A stretch of DNA of 64,000 nucleotides, taken from Candidatus Omnitrophota bacterium. GTDB taxonomy: Bacteria > Omnitrophota > Gorgyraeia > JABMRN01 > RBG-13-46-9. The position numbers and the translations under genes were made by a program. Below the pieces are notes generated by a model. The model searched no databases and was not told where the DNA came from. It saw only the letters and a list, made by a program, of their open reading frames with translations. The stretch lies in assembly GCA_030605095.1 (NCBI GenBank), contig JAUWBJ010000002.1:2355-66354 (forward strand), in the 5' to 3' direction. Positions 26,189-34,631 of the stretch are shown in pieces. Positions within the stretch are counted from its first letter, which is position 1; each line of letters opens with the position of its first letter.

Positions 26189-28936
26189 TTATATTTCTTC
26201 TTTAAGTCTCATAACCTCTTGTCTTATTCCTAAGGTTATGGCTTCATAGTCATCTTTAGCGCCTAGTCTCGATCCTTCTTTTTTAAGTTCTTCTGCGTTA
26301 TGCGGTCTTCCGAAAACAATCGTAACAGGGTGGGGTCGTCTGGGAAAACGATTTGTTCTTGGCCAGGATTCATAGGAACCTTTGATATACACAGGAACCA
26401 ATCGAATGCTCAGTTCTTTTGCCAATATCCCGACTCCTTTTTTGAATTCTTTAACTTCTCCGTCAATTGACCTTGCTCCTTCGGGAAAGATGCAAGCTGT
26501 TTTGCCATTTCTCAAAATATAAGCACAAGCCTGTATCGCATCTATTAATTGCGCGCCAGGGTCGATAGGAATTATTCTGATTAATTTTACGATATTTCTA
26601 ATTATTGGAACTTCGAAATAGGCTCTATAACCAAGGAAGAACATATGTTTTTTTAACCATCGAGGTAGGGCTGCAACAATTAGGAACCCGTCCAAATAAC
26701 TACCGTGATTGGGGCAGAGAATAAATGCTTTGTTCGAAGGTAAATTTTTTATTCCAAAAACTTTAACCTGCCAGATAAGTTTAAATATTATATATAACAT
26801 CCCAGAGACTAATAGCGTGAAAAACCGCGCTATCCAACCGGGAAATAAATCTATTTTTTCAATTATATCTTTGGCTGGATTGGTCTTTAAAATATCACTC
26901 CATAAAGATAATCGAGTCTGGATTGCTGAGACTTCCTCGGTCCTTGGTTCTTTCTTTAAAATCAATTTCTCAATTTCAAGAATAAGTTCTCTTACTATGA
27001 AAATTTTAACCATTACAGAATCCGGTATGTCAATCTTTAAAATCTTTTCTAATGCAACCATTAATTCCGCGCGCCCTAACGAATCAAGGCCAAGATCGAT
27101 TTCCAAGTGGTCGTCCAACCGGATTTGCCTCTCTAAATCCGTTTCTTTACTTAAGGTTTTTATTATTTTCTTGGCAATTCCCGAAGAGAGAATTTTAAGG
27201 TCTTCACCTGTAAGGGAAATCTCCTCATCTATCTTTCTCAACCCCACGCCCATAAGTTCATCTAAATATCTATTCTTAATTTCAAATCTTTTTAACTTCC
27301 CTAAACGTGTCTGGGGTAAATCCTCACTTGTAACAACAAAGCCCATAATCCGTTTGTAGGGAGGGTATTGTTTAGACAGATTCTCCAAATCCCACTTAAT
27401 CATTCCATAAATATTAACCTCGCCAACCTTGCGGTAATAGTCCAAATCAGGCACAATGACCGCCATAAGCTTTTCCTCTTCTCTTTTACCAGTTGCTAAT
27501 ACGCATAATCCTTTAATAAAAGGGCTCTTGGCATAATGGGATTCCACCTCTTCGGGAGATATATTCTTTCCCGAGCTTAACACAATCAACTCTTTCTTCC
27601 TTCCCGTAAGACGGAGATACCCCTCTTTGTCCAGATAACCCAAATCTCCAGAATAGAACCAATTATCCTTTAAAACCTTTCTCGTCTCTTCGACTTCTTT
27701 ATAGTAGCCTCTCATAACATTAGGGCCTTTGATTGCCACCTCGCCTACGCCGTATTCGTCAGGTTCAGCAATTCTTAAGTTCACATCTGGAATTACTTTC
27801 CCCACAGAGCCTATTTTTTGTTTTTTCAATGGATTAAAAGTTGCTACCGGCGATGTTTCAGTAAGTCCGTATCCTTCCAGGATTGTAAAACCGATTTTCA
27901 CAAGAAACCTTGCTGCCTCTTCATTTAACTTAGCACCGCCACAAGCAAAAAATCTTAAATTTTTTCCGAAGGCACGGTGAATCTTTGACAATGCCAGCTT
28001 GGCCAAGTTAATTCCCGTAAACTTTCTCACCAACCACAATATCTCTATAAACCCTAAAAGGGAGAGTCTCATCAAAAACGGGACTTTCTTTATTCCATCT
28101 ACTATATGCTTATAAAACATATAAAAAAGCTGAGGTACTCCCGTTAATATCGTCACACCTGTCTTTCTCATACACGCAAGCAATTCCTCACTCTTAAGGC
28201 TTGAAATGTAGGTAATCTTGCTTTGAGAAAAAAGTGGTATAACGAGGGTCACCATAAATGGAAATGAATGATGCAGCGGTAATATAGACAGAACATTATC
28301 TTTATCTGAAAAGAGTTTTAATTTATCAATACTTTGAGAATTGGAATAAAAATTTTCATGGGTTAACATAACACCTTTTGGCCTGCCGGTAGTGCCTGAG
28401 GTATAAAGAATAGAGGCGATATCCTGGGGAGATGCCTCTGGCATAGATGTTATGGACTTTAAATCTGATACGGCAGATATCGTTTCCGAAAAAGAAATAA
28501 TTTCTTCGGACGATTTTTCAATGTCGAGGGCTATGATTTGTTGTAATGAAGGCACGCTATTAGTGAAGCCCGTAAATAACGAAAGTAATTTACTGGAGGT
28601 AAAGGCTACCTTGCTTTCTGAATCACTTAGAAAAAATTTTATCTCTTCTTGTCCGGATTGAGGATCAAGAGGGATAGCTATGGCCCCTCGAAGCATAATG
28701 CCAAAGTAGATCATTCCCCATTCAGGCCTGTTTTCCAGAACAATAGCGACTCTATCGCCTTTTTTTATCCCCGCTTTAAGTAAAGAATGTGCAACAGATT
28801 GAGAGACCCCGTAAAGCTCTTTATAGGTATACTTGACATAGACATCTTCTTTTTTCATTTGCATAACAATTCTATCAGGAAATTGATCAACTATTTCTCT
28901 TAATTTACCATGTAGAGTATATAATTTCTTATTCAC
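26189..28936 (-). CDS. Tri-domain long-chain acyl-CoA/ACP synthetase + carrier domain + PlsC-type acyltransferase
   Basis: YTSGTTGRPKG, GYGLTE, DLGLDSL, NHGSYLD, FPEGARS. Confidence 0.92.
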   Translation of the reverse strand: MNKKLYTLHGKLREIVDQFPDRIVMQMKKEDVYVKYTYKELYGVSQSVAHSLLKAGIKKGDRVAIVLENRPEWGMIYFGIMLRGAIAIPLDPQSGQEEIKFFLSDSESKVAFTSSKLLSLFTGFTNSVPSLQQIIALDIEKSSEEIISFSETISAVSDLKSITSMPEASPQDIASILYTSGTTGRPKGVMLTHENFYSNSQSIDKLKLFSDKDNVLSILPLHHSFPFMVTLVIPLFSQSKITYISSLKSEELLACMRKTGVTILTGVPQLFYMFYKHIVDGIKKVPFLMRLSLLGFIEILWLVRKFTGINLAKLALSKIHRAFGKNLRFFACGGAKLNEEAARFLVKIGFTILEGYGLTETSPVATFNPLKKQKIGSVGKVIPDVNLRIAEPDEYGVGEVAIKGPNVMRGYYKEVEETRKVLKDNWFYSGDLGYLDKEGYLRLTGRKKELIVLSSGKNISPEEVESHYAKSPFIKGLCVLATGKREEEKLMAVIVPDLDYYRKVGEVNIYGMIKWDLENLSKQYPPYKRIMGFVVTSEDLPQTRLGKLKRFEIKNRYLDELMGVGLRKIDEEISLTGEDLKILSSGIAKKIIKTLSKETDLERQIRLDDHLEIDLGLDSLGRAELMVALEKILKIDIPDSVMVKIFIVRELILEIEKLILKKEPRTEEVSAIQTRLSLWSDILKTNPAKDIIEKIDLFPGWIARFFTLLVSGMLYIIFKLIWQVKVFGIKNLPSNKAFILCPNHGSYLDGFLIVAALPRWLKKHMFFLGYRAYFEVPIIRNIVKLIRIIPIDPGAQLIDAIQACAYILRNGKTACIFPEGARSIDGEVKEFKKGVGILAKELSIRLVPVYIKGSYESWPRTNRFPRRPHPVTIVFGRPHNAEELKKEGSRLGAKDDYEAITLGIRQEVMRLKEEI

Positions 28937-29041
28937 CCCGCCCTTCCTTTCTTTTCAATGCAATCCCTGTTTTTATCTTTTGCAATCACTTCGTTCTTCA
29001 TTATATTATTATTCATTGTAATTTTTTTAGGAAGGGCGGGG
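28936..29041. mobile_element. Inverted-repeat element CCCCGCCCTTCCT...AGGAAGGGCGGGG with TTCA/TGAA duplication
   Basis: TTCA at 28932-28935 and 29042-29045. Confidence 0.8.
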
Positions 29042-30274
29042 TTCATCTCCAGCCATCGCTCCTTGTATACTATCTGGAACTTTTTGAAGTATAATAAAGC
29101 CCATGACTAAAAATGGCAATAAACTGAGGATAGCCAACCGGTACTTTAAAATCCCCAAAAAGCCGAATCCCCAGACACAAACTCCCCAGATAAGTGGCCC
29201 GATAATTGAAGCGGACTTTCCTACTAAGCCATAAAAACCAAAGACCTCTCCTACCATTTGTGGTGGAGATAAATCTACCACTAATGCCCGCGCACTTGTC
29301 CAGGTTGCACCTAAACATATTCCTACCAATGGTCCCACAACCCAGAATGCGGTTTTGCTAAAAGATATAACCACCAAAAGGATGCTTATACACCATACCC
29401 CCAAGACAATACTTAAAGTTCGCTTTGAGCCGAACCTATCTGTAATGAATCCTGTTACAAATGAACTCAGAATAGCAAAGACTGTAGATATAATATAGAA
29501 GGCGATAATCTCATGGTCTGTAAATCCCATAACTTTTTTGGTGTAAACAGACATAAATACAATAAGGGTATTAATAGCATTAAGGGTTATAAATGCAGCA
29601 ATTAAAAAATTAAAGAGCGCCGGATACTCCCTGATATGTATAAATGTCTCTTTTACTTTCCTGAAACTGTCTATTATTCGAATTCCGAATTTATCTATTC
29701 TTTTTACCAACCGATCTTTCACAAATAGAAAACAGGGAAGGGAAAATAAAAGAAAGAGAATTGCCGTAGGGACAAATGCTGCTTGCCTTCCATATCTTAA
29801 AACAAATGGTCTGACTAAAAGTAATCCGGCAATCGTGCCGCAATATCCCAGACTTACACCGTAACCGGAGACTCGACCTGTCTGACCTTTGTCGCTTATC
29901 TCGGGAAGCAAAGCATTGTAGAATATAGCAGCTGTCTGATAGCAAAAATTGGCAATGGCAAAGAACAGAAGTCCTAAAACTAATCTATTTACCAGTCCTA
30001 TTAATGCGGTAAAGGCACAACAGATTAAGGTGAAGAACATTAAAAAGGGCATCCTTCTTCCCAGTCTATCTGAAATCGCTCCCATTATCGGGGAAGAGAT
30101 AGCCGCCAATAACATCGAGCCGGACAAGGCCCAGCTGTATAAAATATCCTCTCCCTTCATATCCACAGTTACCCACAAAGCAAAGTAAAGGGAGATTACA
30201 TTCATGGCAAATATAGTATTAGCAAAGTCATACATCGACCAGGAGAAGATTGTAAGTTTTCTATTAATCTTCAT
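29027..30274 (-). CDS. MFS transporter (UMF1/Atg22-like)
   Basis: SWSMYDFANT, YNALLPEI, GRVSGYG, GEVFGFY. Confidence 0.88.
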   Translation of the reverse strand: MKINRKLTIFSWSMYDFANTIFAMNVISLYFALWVTVDMKGEDILYSWALSGSMLLAAISSPIMGAISDRLGRRMPFLMFFTLICCAFTALIGLVNRLVLGLLFFAIANFCYQTAAIFYNALLPEISDKGQTGRVSGYGVSLGYCGTIAGLLLVRPFVLRYGRQAAFVPTAILFLLFSLPCFLFVKDRLVKRIDKFGIRIIDSFRKVKETFIHIREYPALFNFLIAAFITLNAINTLIVFMSVYTKKVMGFTDHEIIAFYIISTVFAILSSFVTGFITDRFGSKRTLSIVLGVWCISILLVVISFSKTAFWVVGPLVGICLGATWTSARALVVDLSPPQMVGEVFGFYGLVGKSASIIGPLIWGVCVWGFGFLGILKYRLAILSLLPFLVMGFIILQKVPDSIQGAMAGDEPRPS

Positions 30275-30308
30275 TGATTACTTTTTGGCTATCCTTGATT
30301 TTTTAACT

Positions 30309-30962
30309 CTACATGGGTAATACATAAAATAATATTGCAAAATAGTGACATATGCTACCGCCTAAGACAAATAAATGCCATATTGCATGGTGGAAAGGGA
30401 GCTTATCAAAAAAGTGAAAAATAACTCCCACGCTATAGAGTATTCCTCCCATAACTAACCAGCTTATTCCGCCGAACGGAATCTTTTTTACTATAGGATA
30501 TACGGCAATAAGTGCAAACCATCCCATTGTCAAATAACTAATGGTAGATAAAACTAGAAACCTATTTACAAAGAACATTTTAAGCACTATGCCTATTAGT
30601 GCTAACCCCCAAATTGCACCAAAAAAAGTCCAGCCCCACGGCCCTCTCAATGAAACAAGTGTAAAAGGAGTGTATGTGCCGGCAATCAAAAGATAAATGG
30701 CAGAATGATCGATTATTTTAAATATATAGTTTATGCGTCCAGATGAGAAATAAAAACTATGATATAAAGTAGAAGCAGCGTATAGTATAATCAAACTACC
30801 GCCATAAATGCTGAAGCTAACAATTCGCCAGGTATCTCCGTGAATCTTTGCCAATACAACAAGAATGACCAAACCTGCTATACTCAAAAAAAGACCAATA
30901 CCATGTGTGACGCTATTTGCTATCTCTTCTATTAAAGACGACTTATCTTTCTCGTTTTCCAT
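30309..30962 (-). CDS. Hemolysin III / PAQR family membrane protein
   Basis: EEIANSVTHG, STLYH, DHSAIYLLIAGTYTP, HAIWHLFV. Confidence 0.93.
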   Translation of the reverse strand: MENEKDKSSLIEEIANSVTHGIGLFLSIAGLVILVVLAKIHGDTWRIVSFSIYGGSLIILYAASTLYHSFYFSSGRINYIFKIIDHSAIYLLIAGTYTPFTLVSLRGPWGWTFFGAIWGLALIGIVLKMFFVNRFLVLSTISYLTMGWFALIAVYPIVKKIPFGGISWLVMGGILYSVGVIFHFFDKLPFHHAIWHLFVLGGSICHYFAILFYVLPM

Positions 30963-31808
30963 TTACTTGAGGGTCTCGTCAAACCAGCCTGTTATAAGAT
31001 CTCGCATCCTGTCCGGATGCAGCTGAATAAGCCTTTCTGCATGAAATCCTTTTTCTATTATTACAAGCTTCTTATAACCTTGATAAACATTATATAGCTT
31101 TCTGGAATGACGATCCTTAATAACCCAATCCCAACCCCCATGTATAAAGAGTATTGGCGTATGTTTTATTCTGGTTATTGTCTCGATCGGTTTCGGTGGC
31201 TGTGTAGTAAGGATATTTGTAACCCGTGCACCTTTTCCTTCCCAGACATCTACGATATTATCTATTAGATCATAGAACATACCGAGTTCCCAAAAATAAA
31301 AATCTATGGCTCTAAATTTTGACGGACAACTTATTAATACCATGCTATCTATGTCTTCTCTTAGGGCTGCGGCGTTAACTGAGGCGGCCGCAGCTAGGGA
31401 AAAGGCTACTATACCTATATGTTTATACCCTTGAGCTACTGCGTAATCTACTACCGTATTTACATCCATATGTTCCTTAGCCGACCATGAAAACTTTCCG
31501 CTGCTATCTCCGTGGCCTCTAAAATCAAAGATTATGACATCATGCTCAGGTAAGATTAAATCTACAGTTTTACGCATCCACCTATTCTTTTTGCTGTTAT
31601 AAAACCCCGGGCATATTATAACAATGGTGTCAAATCCGCTCCTATAACGTTCATAAGCGATCTTTACGTTATCTTTGGTATACAATATACCTGTTTCCGC
31701 CTTTGGAGATGACCCCGTTTTCGCATACCCAGAAGGTATAACTGCCATAAGCGAAAACACAATACAACAAAACCAAATTTTAAATACTACTATGTCGCCG
31801 AGTCTCAT
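30963..31808 (-). CDS. Exported alpha/beta hydrolase
   Basis: FDFRGHGDS, nucleophile elbow AFSLA, IHGGWD, GFHAE. Confidence 0.85.
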   Translation of the reverse strand: MRLGDIVVFKIWFCCIVFSLMAVIPSGYAKTGSSPKAETGILYTKDNVKIAYERYRSGFDTIVIICPGFYNSKKNRWMRKTVDLILPEHDVIIFDFRGHGDSSGKFSWSAKEHMDVNTVVDYAVAQGYKHIGIVAFSLAAAASVNAAALREDIDSMVLISCPSKFRAIDFYFWELGMFYDLIDNIVDVWEGKGARVTNILTTQPPKPIETITRIKHTPILFIHGGWDWVIKDRHSRKLYNVYQGYKKLVIIEKGFHAERLIQLHPDRMRDLITGWFDETLK

Positions 31809-32005
31809 GGGATAAATACGATCTGGGCAGATAATCTTCTTACCGAATTACTATAAGTCTTGAGCCGATTTCGGATAAGGAATCGGATTTTTATCACATT
31901 ATCTCCGACGGGGAGAGAAGATTTAAGTCTTATTATGTGGCACATACAAAAATTCAAACCCTTGCATTATTAGACGATATGTATAAAGGTTCGAATTGGT
32001 ATCAC

Positions 32006-32100
32006 TGGCGGAGGAGGAGGGATTTGAACCCTCGGTACCGCGTTAAGCGGTACAACAGTTTAGCAAACTGCCGCCCTAAACCGGACTAGGCGACTCCTCC
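32006..32100 (-). tRNA. tRNA-Ser(GCT)
   Basis: GGAGGAG acceptor, anticodon loop TT-GCT-AA, long variable arm, CCA encoded. Confidence 0.95.
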
Positions 32101-32142
32101 TAACTCCTTTATTTGCAAGGACTTACGTAAATTAAGCTCTAT

Positions 32143-33216
32143 CTAAAACTGGTTTCTACGCTGCTCTTGTCTTCCTGATTTCATCGAGGAAAATTTATTA
32201 TACCTATTAAGATATCTGGGATTACTTGTTCCGATTTTTGAAAAATATTTTTTTACTTCTTCTGGTCTATTAATATATACCGTTTGATGGTTTATGTCGA
32301 TGACGGGATGATAATTAAGTTTCTCCAGCATCCTTTTAATTGACTTCACTAATGGAATAGAATAATTTCTAAAACTCATCTTTAAATAGCTATATCCTTT
32401 CCCGGCTACTTTATAGCTATGCTTATAAACACATCCGTCGGTGTCAAAAAGTCCTCGCAGGCAACTGGCTTGGTATCCCTTTTTCTCAAATATCCAATCG
32501 GGAACATCTATCTGATTCGTGACTTTATTTCCTTTTTTGATTCCCATTTTCTCCAAAAATTTCACTAGGTTTGTAGCCGAGACTACTATATTAGATCTCC
32601 CGTCTTTCTTTCCTATCTGCATTTTTGAAGATATACCAAATAAATTCTTTACCAGGCGTTAAATATAAAAAGCGTAATCTTGATCTTTCTTTCCGTTAAA
32701 TGATACAGTAATCTGATGATTGCTAGAAACCCCGCCGTCTCCTAACATGATACCGATAAATTCTGTTAATTTAAATGATTTTTCAGGCCGTTTAATTTCC
32801 TTTCTTGTAACAAATCCCAATTTTCTAATTCTCTCTAGAAAGCTGGGGTCAGAAAGAATTTTCTTTTTTGTAGACAAGCCTCCTCTTTTCCTGCTTTCAA
32901 GCGTACCCGGTGGGCCATATAGTTCAATGCGGCGTTTGCCGCCTAATTTGCTGGCTTTTTTTACACTCCAATACGGTGGTCGCACTTCTATATCTTCGGG
33001 TAATTTTGTACCTAATTTGTAACTTATTAAAAATAAGGGCCAAAATGAAATGTTATTTTTTTCTCTCTTCCAGTCCCTCAAAGTTCTATCGCAAACACAC
33101 GCAATCTTTGCAAGCTCTGAAACATCCATATTCAATGTAGAAAGAGCTCCTTCCAGGAAATCCCGTTGTTTGCCTTTTCGAAATTTAATTCTTGAATTTA
33201 GTTTTACTTCTTGCAT
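32143..33216 (-). pseudogene. HTH + double LAGLIDADG endonuclease with one in-frame TAA (32659-32661)
   Basis: EFIGIMLGDGG and CLRGLFDTDGC motifs; the two track ORFs share a frame (YI*RLVKNLFGISSKMQ). Confidence 0.85.
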
Positions 33217-33671
33217 TTGTCCCGTTTTTTCTTAAAAAACTCCTGAATCAATGAACGTGATTCGTCTTTTAATAGGCCTCGTTTTACTTTTACTCTATGG
33301 TTTAACTTTTTATTCTGCAGAATATTTAATGCGGAACCGGAGGCGCCTGACTTCGGGTCTTCCGTAGCGTAGAAGAGATTTCGTATTCTTGCTAACACCA
33401 TCGCTCCGGCGCACATCGGACAAGGCTCTATTGTAACATACAGGCCGCAATCTTTCAATCTCTCGTTCTTCAGGTGCGACGCTGCCTGGGTGATCGCTAT
33501 CATCTCGGCATGAGCGGTCGGGTCTTTTAGGGTTTTTATTTGATTATAAGCGCGGCCGATAATCTCCCCCTTATAAACAATAACCGCTCCGACCGGAACC
33601 TCGTCCTTCTCGAACGCGGTTTGCGCCTCTTTCAGCGCCGCCTCCATGTATTTTTTGTGCTTATCAGCCAT
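33204..33671 (-). CDS. tadA: tRNA adenosine(34) deaminase
   Basis: EVPVGAV, HAEM, EPCPMC, FFKKKR. Confidence 0.95.
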   Translation of the reverse strand: MADKHKKYMEAALKEAQTAFEKDEVPVGAVIVYKGEIIGRAYNQIKTLKDPTAHAEMIAITQAASHLKNERLKDCGLYVTIEPCPMCAGAMVLARIRNLFYATEDPKSGASGSALNILQNKKLNHRVKVKRGLLKDESRSLIQEFFKKKRDKCKK

Positions 33672-33708
33672 ACCACACTTTTTTCGCCGAAACCAAATCA
33701 ATGCTAAA

Positions 33709-33783
33709 GCGGAGAGGGAGGGACAGGCACCCGTTCCTATTCAAAACAGCTCTTTTAACACCAATTTTAACACCAAAATTCAC
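33709..33783. mobile_element. att-like tRNA-Ser 3' remnant plus element-end sequence
   Basis: GCGGAGAGGGAGGGA followed by about 60 bp homologous to 47625-47684. Confidence 0.65.
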
Positions 33784-33821
33784 CTAAACTACTCCTTTGT
33801 TTTGGGGGCAGGTACCGAAAA

Positions 33822-34394
33822 CTACCAGTGATAAATAACAATCTCTAAAGGATCGGACTCAATTTGTCCTGTCCAAAAATTGTCTAGTTTTTTGTCTGGC
33901 TTATCCTTAAAATGTATAATACGGGAACTAGATGTGTTTTCATATATTGCCTTAAGCTGAACAACTTTTGATGCCTCTTCAATTTTAGGAAAATTCCATA
34001 TATCAGACGTAATATAAATATCAAAAACGTAATACTCATCTGGGAGAAGTGTCCAATAATCAGGGAAGTCCTTTTCCCACTCAATGACCGGATTCTTCTC
34101 TATAACTATTTTCCGACCATCAAGTACCATCTCAAAGGAGAGATTACTATATCCCCAAGAACATGATTCATTCCAAAGTGTTTGTGGTTCATCTGATATA
34201 TTTTTTAGTAAAACGTGAAATTCTGGTTTATTAGTGAAGCTTTTACTAATTTGTCTTTGTCTGTGTTCTAGCCTCTGGGGAATAACAAGGGTTATTTCAA
34301 AAGGTGATTCCCTATCTTCAGCATAGGCTATTACAAAAGAGATTAACAATATAACACTAATCAAGAAAAATATTACTTTTTTCTTCTTCATCAT
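33822..34394 (-). CDS. Exported hypothetical protein (AT-rich)
   Basis: GGAGGA SD, signal peptide, 190 aa. Confidence 0.7.
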   Translation of the reverse strand: MMKKKKVIFFLISVILLISFVIAYAEDRESPFEITLVIPQRLEHRQRQISKSFTNKPEFHVLLKNISDEPQTLWNESCSWGYSNLSFEMVLDGRKIVIEKNPVIEWEKDFPDYWTLLPDEYYVFDIYITSDIWNFPKIEEASKVVQLKAIYENTSSSRIIHFKDKPDKKLDNFWTGQIESDPLEIVIYHW

Positions 34395-34500
34395 TCCTCC
34401 TATCTAAACATCTCCTTTACTTTGGGCGTAGTTCTTGTACCGTTTCAGAAGTTGAATTCAACCTGTCCCGCAAGCCCTTTCGCCGAAGGCGAAAAGCCAA

Positions 34501-34550
34501 GGCGAAAAAAGAGAATCCCGCACTTTTTTCGCCGAGACCAAATCAGTACA
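34501..34550 (-). repeat. tRNA 3'-associated structured repeat (core copy)
   Basis: GGCGAAAAAAGAGAATCCCGCACTTTTTTCGCCGAGACCAAATCAGTA. Confidence 0.8.
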
Positions 34551-34554
34551 AAAG

Positions 34555-34628
34555 CGTGCCTGGGAGGATTCGAACCTCCGACCTTTTGCTTCGTAGGCAA
34601 ACGCTCTATCCAGCTGAGCTACAGGCAC
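34555..34628 (-). tRNA. tRNA-Arg(ACG), no encoded CCA
   Basis: GTGCCTG acceptor, TTTGC-CTACGAA-GCAAA anticodon arm, GTTCGAATC. Confidence 0.95.
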
Positions 34629-34631
34629 ACA

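Noticed and set aside
25515-32005. SRP RNA (ffs) expected near tRNA-Ser/dnaX
   Set aside because: No SRP domain IV motif seen in either intergenic flank
32622-32661. Programmed frameshift or alternative genetic code in the split LAGLIDADG gene
   Set aside because: Both parts are in one frame, separated by TAA, which is a normal stop in many genes here
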